From contig PWNQ01000066.1 in the NCBI GenBank assembly GCA_003557725.1, forward strand, positions 1 to 48,761: DNA of 48,761 nucleotides, written 5' to 3'. The notes below the pieces were generated by a model. That model worked only from the letters and a program-made list of their open reading frames with translations, did no database searches and was not told where the DNA came from. The position numbers and the translations under genes were made by a program. Below, piece by piece: positions 1 to 8,700 of this stretch (positions are counted from its first letter, which is position 1; each line of letters starts with the position of its first letter). Origin of the DNA: Bacteroidales bacterium (GTDB taxonomy: Bacteria > Bacteroidota > Bacteroidia > Bacteroidales > PWNQ01).

Positions 1-171
1 CCCGTTAACGGGGTGCTGCGCCTCAGGGATGCTTCAGGAAAGACCGTCTATTCAAAAAATAAAATGGAAAAACAAGAAGAGGTCCCCGTGTCTGTTCTCA
101 GCCAGGGGTTATACTTCCTGGAAATAATCGGAGAAAAACAGGTCATCCGTAAGAAAATCATGGTTCATTAA
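1..171 (+). CDS. 3' end of a secreted protein carrying a T9SS type-A C-terminal sorting domain (5' end truncated by the window edge)
   Basis: Frame 1 is open from base 1 to TAA at 169-171. The translation ...LRLRDASGKTVYSKNKMEKQEEVPVSVLSQGLYFLEIIGEKQVIRKKIMVH has the short beta-strand pattern (GxxV ... GxYFxxI ... KKIxV) typical of Bacteroidota T9SS CTDs. It is absent from the ORF track because no start codon lies in the window. Confidence 0.6.
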   Translation, partial: PVNGVLRLRDASGKTVYSKNKMEKQEEVPVSVLSQGLYFLEIIGEKQVIRKKIMVH

Positions 172-181
172 AGGATTTCAT

Positions 182-189
182 TATCTTTG
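182..189 (+). promoter_or_regulatory. Candidate Bacteroidota -7 promoter box (TATCTTTG, fits TAnnTTTG)
   Basis: Exact match to the TAnnTTTG -7 consensus described for Bacteroides/Flavobacterium sigma-A promoters, 78 nt upstream of the GT2 start at 267. No clear -33 TTTG was seen. Confidence 0.3.
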
Positions 190-266
190 GTCCCCCAAAA
201 AACCAAACAGGTGTTGAAGATGAGGCCAAGCGACTTTCACGGAAGCACCGGAAAAAATGGGTTAAA

Positions 267-1235
267 ATGTACAGGAATCATACCATCGGCCTTCTTATCC
301 CTGCATATAATGAGGCAGAAAATCTTGGCGGTGTACTGGCAAGTGTTCCGGATTATGTAGACCACGTCCTTGTGGTCAACGACGGGTCTTCAGATCAAAC
401 TGCGTCTATTGCATGTGAGCATGGGGCACAGGTGATCTCACACAGGGTCAATAAAGGGGTAGGCGCCACCTTTAATACGGGTGTCAAGTCCATCCTCACC
501 ACCGATGTGGACATTTTGGTGAATATGGATGCGGACGGCCAGTTTCAGGCCGGCGACATCTCCAGGCTTCTGGACCCTGTGATCGACGGCAATGCCGATT
601 TTGTTACCGCCTCCAGGTTTATAGATAAGAGCTTTCACCCTGTAATGCCCCACATAAAAAAATGGGGAAATTTTCAGATGGCCCGGCTCATCAGCAAGCT
701 TACCGGCCAGAAGTTTTATGATGTAAGTTGTGGCTTCCGGGCATACCGCAGGGAGACCCTTTACCGCATGAACCTCTTCGGCTCTTTCACCTATACACAA
801 GAAACATTTATTGACTTGGTATTTAAGGACGTGGACATAATGGAAGTGCCGGTAAGGGTGTTGGGAAAAAGGAAAACAGGGAAGTCTCGGGTGGCATCAA
901 ACCTGTTCCGGTATGCCTGGCAGACCTCCAAGATAATTTTAAAGACCTTTCGCGATTACCGTCCATTTCAGCTATTTGGTTTTGTGGCGGCAATTTTTAT
1001 GGTTGCGGCCCTGCTACTATTGGGGGGGATGTTTTATCATAAGTTAATGACAGGGGTCTTTACGCCTTACAAGTGGCTGGGATTTGCCGGCGGGTCGGCA
1101 GCACTTATTGCCCTGGCAGCACTGCTGCTGGGGTTTATCCTGGATATGTTCTCCCGCATGAGGCATAATCAGGAGGAGATCTTATTTTACCTGAAAACAC
1201 AAAACAAGCCCATAAAAAAGGTGCCCGGTCAATGA
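267..1235 (+). CDS. Family 2 glycosyltransferase, polyprenyl-phosphate sugar synthase-like (GtrB/ArnC/DPM1 architecture)
   Basis: N-terminal GT-A motifs IPAYNEAENL, VVNDGSSDQT and NMDADGQ (DxD). The C-terminal ~90 aa carry two hydrophobic helices (FGFVAAIFMVAALLLLGG; GFAGGSAALIALAALLLGFIL), as in membrane-anchored lipid-carrier sugar synthases. Confidence 0.85.
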   Translation: MYRNHTIGLLIPAYNEAENLGGVLASVPDYVDHVLVVNDGSSDQTASIACEHGAQVISHRVNKGVGATFNTGVKSILTTDVDILVNMDADGQFQAGDISRLLDPVIDGNADFVTASRFIDKSFHPVMPHIKKWGNFQMARLISKLTGQKFYDVSCGFRAYRRETLYRMNLFGSFTYTQETFIDLVFKDVDIMEVPVRVLGKRKTGKSRVASNLFRYAWQTSKIILKTFRDYRPFQLFGFVAAIFMVAALLLLGGMFYHKLMTGVFTPYKWLGFAGGSAALIALAALLLGFILDMFSRMRHNQEEILFYLKTQNKPIKKVPGQ

Positions 1236-2011
1236 GTCTCCAGATACCATATCCCGTTACATTTATTCTGTCCACAGGCAGAACCGGCACACAGTTCTTC
1301 AGCAGATACCTTACAGACAGCTGTCAGAACACCTTATGCCTGCACGAGCCCGCCCCTTCCAGGAGGTTTAAATGGTACTCCAATTTCTATCTTCAAAAAA
1401 AGATCTCTTCCGGTTTTATTGCCTCACAATATTATGGTTGTCGCAAAAGGCTTTTCCGGGATCCTGATTTTCAAAACTACGTGGAGTCCAGCAATTTTTT
1501 GTTCGGGCTCATGCCCGCTCTGGATCCTCTGATACACCGTATGGCGGTGGTACATTTGGTACGTGAGCCGGTTTCCTATATCCGTTCTCATTTGAACAAA
1601 GGGTTCTGGACCGGCATAAAGGGGTTTACTGCCCGCCATATCCCGGGATGGCTGGAGTCTTTGGATAAAGACATATTACGCTCCGGCGATCCGGTTATGA
1701 TATTGGCAGCCCGGTGGATTTATGTTAACACCATCATCAGCAACTATGAGAAGGATTATCCCTATTTGCTTCTTCGCTTTGAAGATTTGTTCGGGAAGGC
1801 CCCGGAAACCGCCGGCAAGGCCCTAAATGCTTTGCGCGGCTTTATCCCATGCACCCCGGAAACCGACCCTGAGCCGGAAAAGTGGCTCAGTAAGGCCATA
1901 AATATGTCTTCCAAAGAACGATGCGTCAGGTACCCTGTTGAGGATAAGCATATAGATTATTTGCGCAGCCAGGGCAGCCCCTTGTTATCAAAATATGGCT
2001 ATACATTATAG
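1232..2011 (+). CDS. Sulfotransferase family protein (PAPS-dependent type, putative)
   Basis: The start overlaps the GT2 stop in ATGA (1232-1235). An N-terminal P-loop-like 5'-PSB motif is present (ILSTGRTGTQFF, compare xxRSGTT). A 3'-PB-like motif is also present (HLVREPVSYIRSHL, compare RDPxDxxxS). No TM segments. Confidence 0.55.
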   Translation: MSLQIPYPVTFILSTGRTGTQFFSRYLTDSCQNTLCLHEPAPSRRFKWYSNFYLQKKISSGFIASQYYGCRKRLFRDPDFQNYVESSNFLFGLMPALDPLIHRMAVVHLVREPVSYIRSHLNKGFWTGIKGFTARHIPGWLESLDKDILRSGDPVMILAARWIYVNTIISNYEKDYPYLLLRFEDLFGKAPETAGKALNALRGFIPCTPETDPEPEKWLSKAINMSSKERCVRYPVEDKHIDYLRSQGSPLLSKYGYTL

Positions 2012-2065
2012 CCTTTCGTTTTCACTCCGGCCCGGAGGGCCAAACCCTCGCAAATAATAATCATT

Positions 2066-2073
2066 TATCTTTG
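2066..2073 (+). promoter_or_regulatory. Candidate -7 promoter box (TATCTTTG)
   Basis: Exact TAnnTTTG match 32 nt upstream of the ATG at 2105. It is the same octamer as at 182-189. Confidence 0.35.
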
Positions 2074-2104
2074 CCGCATAATTAACTGACCCAACCCTCC
2101 GGTT

Positions 2105-2995
2105 ATGCAAAAATGGCTTAGTGTATTGGTTTATCTATCCATTATCTTTTTGGCGTGGTACCTTTGGAAGGCTGATCTTTTGCATTTTCCAGAAATAAAC
2201 AGCTATCCTTTGCTTTCCTTTTCCATTGTCCTGTTGTTTGCAAGTTATTTAACCAAGAGCAAAGTATGGCAACTGGGGTTAAGGGTAAAAGGGTGGCCGG
2301 TGCATTTCAGGGACGCCTTTATTTCTACGGCTATTGCGGAGCTGGGCAAATATATCCCCGGGAAGCTGTGGATGATCATAGGCCGTGCAGGGTATATTTC
2401 CGGGCATTATACCATGAGTCTCAAAGAGGGCTCCGGCATTTCTCTCATAGTGCAATTCATTATCATCTGGGTTGGGATGTTCATCGGCCTGGCAGGAGTT
2501 CTTTTTGTTCCCATCCCCTTTCAGTGGTCTCTTTTATTGATGGCAGGCTGGGTCCTTCTTACTATTATTTTGTTCTTTAAGCCGTGGCACACCCTTTTGG
2601 GCATGCTTGCCGGCAAAATCCTCAAGCGAACGGTTCATCTTCCATTCATTGATATAAAGCAAATCCGCCCCATATTTCATTGGTTTTTTGTAGACTGGCT
2701 GGTACGTATGAGTGGGTTTTATGTGCTGTTGTGGGCCATTAGCGGGTCTCTCCCCATGCTACCTGTGGCTGCCGGCTTTCCGCTGGCAATAACCCTGGGA
2801 GTGCTGGCCGTGTTTGCCCCTGGAGGAATAGGGATCAGGGAAGGAGTGCTCACCGTTTGGCTACATGCCGCAGGATTTGACTTGCCCACCGCCACTTCAA
2901 TGGCAATTACCGTCCGATTATACACACTGGTGGGAGAAACAGGAATGTTCGCCATGGGAATGATCATGAAAAAGCAAAAAACCACAGAAAATTAA
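2105..2995 (+). CDS. UPF0104 / lysyl-phosphatidylglycerol-synthase-TM-like 'flippase-like' polytopic membrane protein
   Basis: About 8 hydrophobic helices. Conserved-looking motifs GKYIPGKLW and FAPGGIGIREGVL (PGGxGxxE) are typical of the LPG_synthase_TM/UPF0104 family. Confidence 0.7.
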   Translation: MQKWLSVLVYLSIIFLAWYLWKADLLHFPEINSYPLLSFSIVLLFASYLTKSKVWQLGLRVKGWPVHFRDAFISTAIAELGKYIPGKLWMIIGRAGYISGHYTMSLKEGSGISLIVQFIIIWVGMFIGLAGVLFVPIPFQWSLLLMAGWVLLTIILFFKPWHTLLGMLAGKILKRTVHLPFIDIKQIRPIFHWFFVDWLVRMSGFYVLLWAISGSLPMLPVAAGFPLAITLGVLAVFAPGGIGIREGVLTVWLHAAGFDLPTATSMAITVRLYTLVGETGMFAMGMIMKKQKTTEN

Positions 2996-3046
2996 ATGGC
3001 CACATTATAGACTGGACACATCCATGCCACTTGTAAAAGAATAACG

Positions 3047-3054
3047 TATTTTTG
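3047..3054 (+). promoter_or_regulatory. Candidate -7 promoter box (TATTTTTG) overlapping the tracked TTG start of the next CDS
   Basis: Exact TAnnTTTG match. It overlaps the TTG at 3052, which argues that the real start of the GT-C gene lies further downstream. Confidence 0.3.
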
Positions 3055-4785
3055 CACCATCAAACAACTATATTCAAGGACGTGCAAATCAACAAAAACG
3101 CATATCTTTCAAAAGGTGTTATCCTCCTCTCTGTGGTCAGTGTTATCCTGGTCAACTTTAACACACGCCTTTGGGAGTCCGGGGGAAAAGTTATTCAATC
3201 AGACGTAAAAAGCTACTACTCCTATTTGCCGGCAACCTTTATTTATAAAGACCTCTCCCTTGATTTTCTGGAGCCGGAATCGGATCTGTATAAAAAGATG
3301 AGCCCGGTTACCACAAAAGAAGGGGCCTATCTTATTGTCACCTCTTGTGGTATGGCCCTGTTGTATGCCCCTTTCTTTTTTGCCGCCCATGCTGTTGCTG
3401 TTTTCTCTCCTTACCAGGCAGATGGCTACAGCCTCCCTTATGCCTTTGCTTTAAACTTCAGCGCGTTGTTTTATTTTTTGCTGGGGCTGGTATTCACCAG
3501 GAAGCTTTTAAGGCATTTTTTTGATGAAAAAATAACTGCCCTCACCCTTCTGGCCATTGCAATTGGAACCAACCTGTTCTATTACACCACTTTCGAGGCT
3601 CCCCTGTCTCACGCTTTCAACTTTGGACTTATAGGCCTGTTTGTATGGCTAACCATGAAATGGCACCAATCCCCCACCCTGAAAATAACCCTTTTTACAG
3701 GATTGTTACTGGGATTGATCACACTGGTACGCCCCACCAACATACTTGTTGTGCTGCTTTTTATCCTCTGGGATGTAAAAACCCTCAAAGACTTTAAACA
3801 ACGAATCTGTTTTTTCCTGCAGCGTTACTCGTTGATTGCCATTATGCTGCTGTGCTTCCTGGTGATATGGATACCCCAATTCGCCTACTGGAATCACATT
3901 ACCGGACAATGGTTGTTCTTTTCCTACGGAGAAAAGGATGCCGGGTTTTTCTTTTCAAACCCTCAAATCCTTAATATCCTGTTCAGTTTCAAAAAAGGAT
4001 GGTTCCTTTATACCCCCGTAATGGCCATGGCCTTTTTGGGGATATTTTTTATGATCCCACGGCTGCCACAAGCCGTACTACCCGTATCGGTTTATATTCT
4101 CGCCATGATCTACGTGCTTTCATCCTGGTGGAACTGGTGGTTCGGGGGCGGATTGGGACTACGATCCTTTATAGATACCTATGCCATAATGGCCATCCCC
4201 CTGGCAGCATTACTGGATATCAGCTTTAGAAAAAAAACTACCGCCATACTGGTCACGGGGATACTGATCACCCTGATATGGTACAACACCTTCCAAATAA
4301 GACAGTACCGCTCAGGGGCTATTCACTACTCATGGATGAACAAAGAAGCCTATAAAGAAACTTTCCTGAAAATTAATCCAACCCAAAGGTTTTGGCAGGT
4401 ATTAACCATCCCCGATCAGGAAAAAGCCAGGCAGGGAAAATATGTGGAAAAGCCTTTCCCATACGGGAGAGAAGAAAATAAAAGGATTTTACGAAAAGAA
4501 CTGGAAAACCATATACGAAAACAAAAGCCTGTTATGGATTCACTAAAAACCATAAGCAATAATGATAAACAGCTGGAGAACAATTTAAGAAACTATATGC
4601 AGAAAACTATAGACCACTATATTTATACCCATAAAAAAGATAAAATGATGGAGATTATCACCCCACTGATGGAGGACAGCCACTATATGAGCGAGATAGG
4701 GAGGAGAGCCAGAGAACGGGGTGTCAACACAGACTCCATTCTTATACTGGATGCTTTATACCGGTACAGGGAAGGTTACTGGTAA
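3052..4785 (+). CDS. Polytopic GT-C-fold glycosyltransferase-like membrane protein (ArnT/PMT/GT39-GT83-like) with a ~150-aa soluble C-terminal extension. Start uncertain.
   Basis: About 11-13 hydrophobic helices over the first ~430 aa, with a long first loop containing an acidic segment (DFLEPESD). The gene context is a GT2 lipid-carrier synthase plus a flippase-like protein. The C-terminal 150 aa are charged and helical. The tracked start is TTG; GTG at 3082 is an alternative. Confidence 0.5.
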   Translation: MHHQTTIFKDVQINKNAYLSKGVILLSVVSVILVNFNTRLWESGGKVIQSDVKSYYSYLPATFIYKDLSLDFLEPESDLYKKMSPVTTKEGAYLIVTSCGMALLYAPFFFAAHAVAVFSPYQADGYSLPYAFALNFSALFYFLLGLVFTRKLLRHFFDEKITALTLLAIAIGTNLFYYTTFEAPLSHAFNFGLIGLFVWLTMKWHQSPTLKITLFTGLLLGLITLVRPTNILVVLLFILWDVKTLKDFKQRICFFLQRYSLIAIMLLCFLVIWIPQFAYWNHITGQWLFFSYGEKDAGFFFSNPQILNILFSFKKGWFLYTPVMAMAFLGIFFMIPRLPQAVLPVSVYILAMIYVLSSWWNWWFGGGLGLRSFIDTYAIMAIPLAALLDISFRKKTTAILVTGILITLIWYNTFQIRQYRSGAIHYSWMNKEAYKETFLKINPTQRFWQVLTIPDQEKARQGKYVEKPFPYGREENKRILRKELENHIRKQKPVMDSLKTISNNDKQLENNLRNYMQKTIDHYIYTHKKDKMMEIITPLMEDSHYMSEIGRRARERGVNTDSILILDALYRYREGYW

Positions 4786-4869
4786 GCAATCCATGATTGA
4801 AGAAGTTGTTTTTTTGCAAATTATATATATTCCGGTTGGCCCTAAGCCCCCGTACCAAAGATTTTACCA

Positions 4870-5586
4870 ATGAGAGATATGATCCGGCGAATAATAAAAT
4901 CCCTGCCCATAGCCATCACAAAGAATCAGCATTATGACTTGCTAACTGTGAAGATCATGAAGCGATGTCTGCAGTATAACCATAACTGCGTTGATGTGGG
5001 AGTGCTGGATGGCGAGATCCTGGATCAGTTTCTAAAGATGGCCCCAAAGGGACAACACTTTGGCTTTGAGCCTTTACCCAATAAGTATGCCTTGCTTAAA
5101 GAAAAATATGCTTCCCGAAAAAACCTGAAAATATTCCATACGGCACTGGGAAATTCCAAAGGGACCACCTCCTTTAATTACGTTACCAGTAACCCGGGAT
5201 ACAGCGGTATCCGAAAAAGAAAATACGACCGGCCGGGGGAAAAAGACACTCAGATCCGGGTTAACATAACGCCTTTGGATGACTTAATCCATGAATTGCC
5301 CCCCATTCGAATGATAAAGATCGATGTTGAAGGAGCAGAACACCTGGTAATTAAAGGGGCACAAAAGCTGCTGAAAAGGGACCATCCCATCCTGATTTTT
5401 GAGCATGGAAAAGGTGGAGCCGACATCTATGACGTGACTCCACAGGAAATGTATGACCTTTTGGATAATAATGGCTATAAAATCTTCCTCCTTAAAGATT
5501 ATCTTAATAATAAAACCCCCTTATCCCGGCAAGAGCTGGCCAGACAGTTTCACCAACAGATAAACTACTACTTCCTGGCAGAATAG
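4870..5586 (+). CDS. FkbM-family SAM-dependent methyltransferase
   Basis: The motifs CVDVGVLDGE (SAM-binding glycine-rich loop), TTSFNYV and IKIDVEGAEHLVIKGA are characteristic of FkbM-family methyltransferases (Methyltransf_21). Confidence 0.75.
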   Translation: MRDMIRRIIKSLPIAITKNQHYDLLTVKIMKRCLQYNHNCVDVGVLDGEILDQFLKMAPKGQHFGFEPLPNKYALLKEKYASRKNLKIFHTALGNSKGTTSFNYVTSNPGYSGIRKRKYDRPGEKDTQIRVNITPLDDLIHELPPIRMIKIDVEGAEHLVIKGAQKLLKRDHPILIFEHGKGGADIYDVTPQEMYDLLDNNGYKIFLLKDYLNNKTPLSRQELARQFHQQINYYFLAE

Positions 5587-5612
5587 CTCCCAAAAACCAC
5601 CTATTAAATTGA

Positions 5613-5648
5613 TCCTTACTGCTTTTAGCAAGCAGGAGGATTTTTTTT
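5613..5648 (+). terminator. Rho-independent terminator closing the glycosylation cluster
   Basis: Stem TCCT..CTGCTT / AAGCAG..AGGA (5613-5640, loop TTAGC), immediately followed by T8 (5641-5648), 27 nt after the FkbM stop. Confidence 0.7.
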
Positions 5649-5784
5649 CGTTTTTTTCTTTGTGGTTTCCCGATTTTTTTTTATAATTTTATATAACCAT
5701 TTCCGGAGAATGGCTATAATTCTATTATATAGCCTATTATAGTTATTCCGGGAATCTGTTTTAACCCTTAAAAGCAGTTGTGTT

Positions 5785-8700
5785 ATGACAAAGCTCCACA
5801 TTTCAACAAAAAACAGTTATTGCATTAGCAAGCCGGGTTTACTGTTTTCACCCATCCTTCAAAGCTCTATTCGTTCCAGGACTGAGTTAAGTATCCTTCC
5901 CGCGATGTTCCTTGCGGTATTCCTTCCATTTATCACCGTTGCCCAGTCGGCTTTGGCAACCTACTCCTTTAGTAATGAGTGCTTGTCGGCAGGTGGTGTT
6001 CCGGCTCATCTTTCTGCTGAGGATTTTTCCATCAGCTCAGGCGTTATTTCTTTCAGTGCGTCCGGCATTGACCAGTGGAGCGGGACAGCTCCTTATGCTC
6101 AGGGTCATGGTGGCTGGGGTGTTCAGTCCCCTGTTGATGCCAGGCATTTCAATTTTCTTCTTCTTCCGGATATTACCCACAGTTTTACGGTAAGCCGTCT
6201 CACTTTTGAGTACCGGGCCACCGATGAGGGGCCTTCTGCTATGATCATAATGATCGACACCCTGGTTATTGACTCGCTGGATGTGCCTGCCAACACCACC
6301 CTGGTATATGATACGGTTCTTCCGGGCTCTCTGCAGCCCCGTTTCGATGAGGCACAGGTTAGGATAATGGCCTGGGATAATGGTTCCCGCATCACCACCG
6401 GAGGCGGTCAGTTCCGCCTCAACGATGTATCCGTTTACGGGGACGTAGTTATCCGCCCGGCTGTAATCACCTTCGATGCGGGCCACCGCTGGACAGAAGG
6501 CTCGGGTCCCCTGGGAAGCTCTTATCAAACCGACCATCTCTACCATGACCTGGGGATGGTTTTTTCCGGAGGAGATGCTATGCGGGACGGTGTCACCCTC
6601 AGAGATGGAGTCCCCTCAGCACTGGGCATGTACTCCTGGCGGCTGAGAGATGACCCGAATATACTCTGGACCGGCACATTGCAGCGAACAGGAGAACTGT
6701 TTGGCTTCGGATTTAAAGTGCGCCGGTGGGATGGGACTCAGAGCCCAGACATTGACGTCGCTTACAGTACCGACGGGGGAACCAATTATACTCAGGTGGG
6801 GACCATAGACAACACCCTGTTAAATGACTCCAGCGGGTGGGTGCTGTTTACCTATGAGCTAAGTCCCTCATTAAATGTATTGAGCCATGAGTTTATGGTA
6901 AAGCTGGAAGCCAATCAGGGAAACTCACAGCAAGTCATGATCGATGACTTTCAATATACTTTCCTTTGTACTCAACCCCGGGGATGGCTTATCACTGCCA
7001 CCGACCAACTGTTTACCATCGACTTTAACAGCACCGTGGCCGGAGTAAACCACAAGCCATTCCGGGGCAGAGGGTTTTCCTTTGCTCCGGCGCCGGGAGA
7101 GCTGGACAGCCGTACCTGGAGCATTAACGGCCTCAGCGACGGAGAAATACCCTTCGGACAAATGGGCCGGCAAGGCGACTTTGCCAGAGGACACAGCACA
7201 GGAGGAGTAACAACCGGCGGGATATATGCCTTTGAGGTGACACCGGGGAACTTTTCCCTGGGGATACAGCCCACCGAGTTTGATATGAACCCCGGCGCCA
7301 TTACGCTAAAAGTGACCAACCATACCGGTGAGCCGGTCAATACCCTGGCCCTGGCATATAAAGTATGGCAGTATAACGATGAAAACAGATCCGGCTCATT
7401 AATACTAAGCTATTCGGAAGACAACGTCTCCTATACGCCCGTTCCGCAGTTGAGCTTTTTCAGTGATGAAGGGGCTGCCCCTCATGCTCAATGGCAAGCC
7501 AACTACAGGGCCACCGGGGTCAGTGGGCTGAATATTGCGGATAGCGGTCATCTTTATCTTCAATGGACCATAGCAGACCACAGTGGCACCGACGCCCGCG
7601 ACGAACTGGCTCTGGACCACATCCAGTTGGTATTCAACCCTTCAAACACCTTTCCCCCTGTTGAAGGCACCTACCAGAGCGTCGCAATACACAGAGAAGC
7701 CCACCTGAGCAACTCCCTCACAATAACAGATTCTCTCATATTTACCGGCCATCTTCTTCAGGCAGGCAGCCATGCGGTTACCTTTAAAGCCAGCGCCAGC
7801 ATTCGTGGGCAGGGAGCGGGCAGCTATATAAACGGCACCGTAAAGATGAAAGGCGCCGGCACCTCCACGCTGCCCGCCGGCCACCAAAAGGGGCAGGAAG
7901 ACCATTATGGGGCCGTAACTATAGACAACACAACGGGCAGCGCATCCGACCTGTTTTCGGTCACCTACCATTATGATACCCCCCCGGGCTACTACGCTTT
8001 TAATGCGGCCAATCACGCCCATATGCAAGCGGTGAGCCGGCTGGAGTACTGGACTATCAGCCGGGAAAGCGGCACATCTGACCCGCATATTACCCTGCAT
8101 TGGGATGATACTGATGATGGTGCCAGCGGAATCACTGACCCCCCAAACATTTGCGTGGCACACTGGAACAGCAACAGCAGCCAAGCAGATAAATGGGAAG
8201 ATTTGGGAGGCAACAGCCCCACAGAAACCGCCACCGGCGGAAGCATTACCGCTACCAATGTAAACGCATTCTCCCTGTTTACCTTCGGATCTTATAACCA
8301 CATCACAAATCCTCTGCCCATAGAACTCCTTTCCTTTAACGGAAAAACTGAAAAAGATCACACGCGGATACAATGGACTACCGCCACTGAAACCAATAAC
8401 CACTACTTTACCCTGGAACGGGCCGCAGGGAATGCAGAATTCAGTGTCGTGCAAAAAACCCCGGGCGCAGGAACCACAAACACCAAAAAAAGCTATGAAT
8501 TCAAAGACTATGATGTAGATTTTAACACCGCTTATTACCGGCTAAAGCAAACCGATTACGACGGAAAATACAGCTATAGCAATGTGATACAGGTAAAAAG
8601 AAATAAAAACTCCCCTTGGAGCATGATGGCCCGGGTAGTGGAGAACACCTTATCGCTGACACTTGAAAACCTTTCTCCGGGAAGCATTCATATCGAGGCA

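Noticed and set aside
7642-8454. A 270-aa ORF antisense to the 1022-aa T9SS cargo gene (also 6037-6546 and 6972-7340)
   Set aside because: The sense frame ends in a clear T9SS CTD and is uninterrupted for 3 kb. The antisense products are Gly/Ala/Val/Cys-rich with no features. Treated as shadow ORFs.
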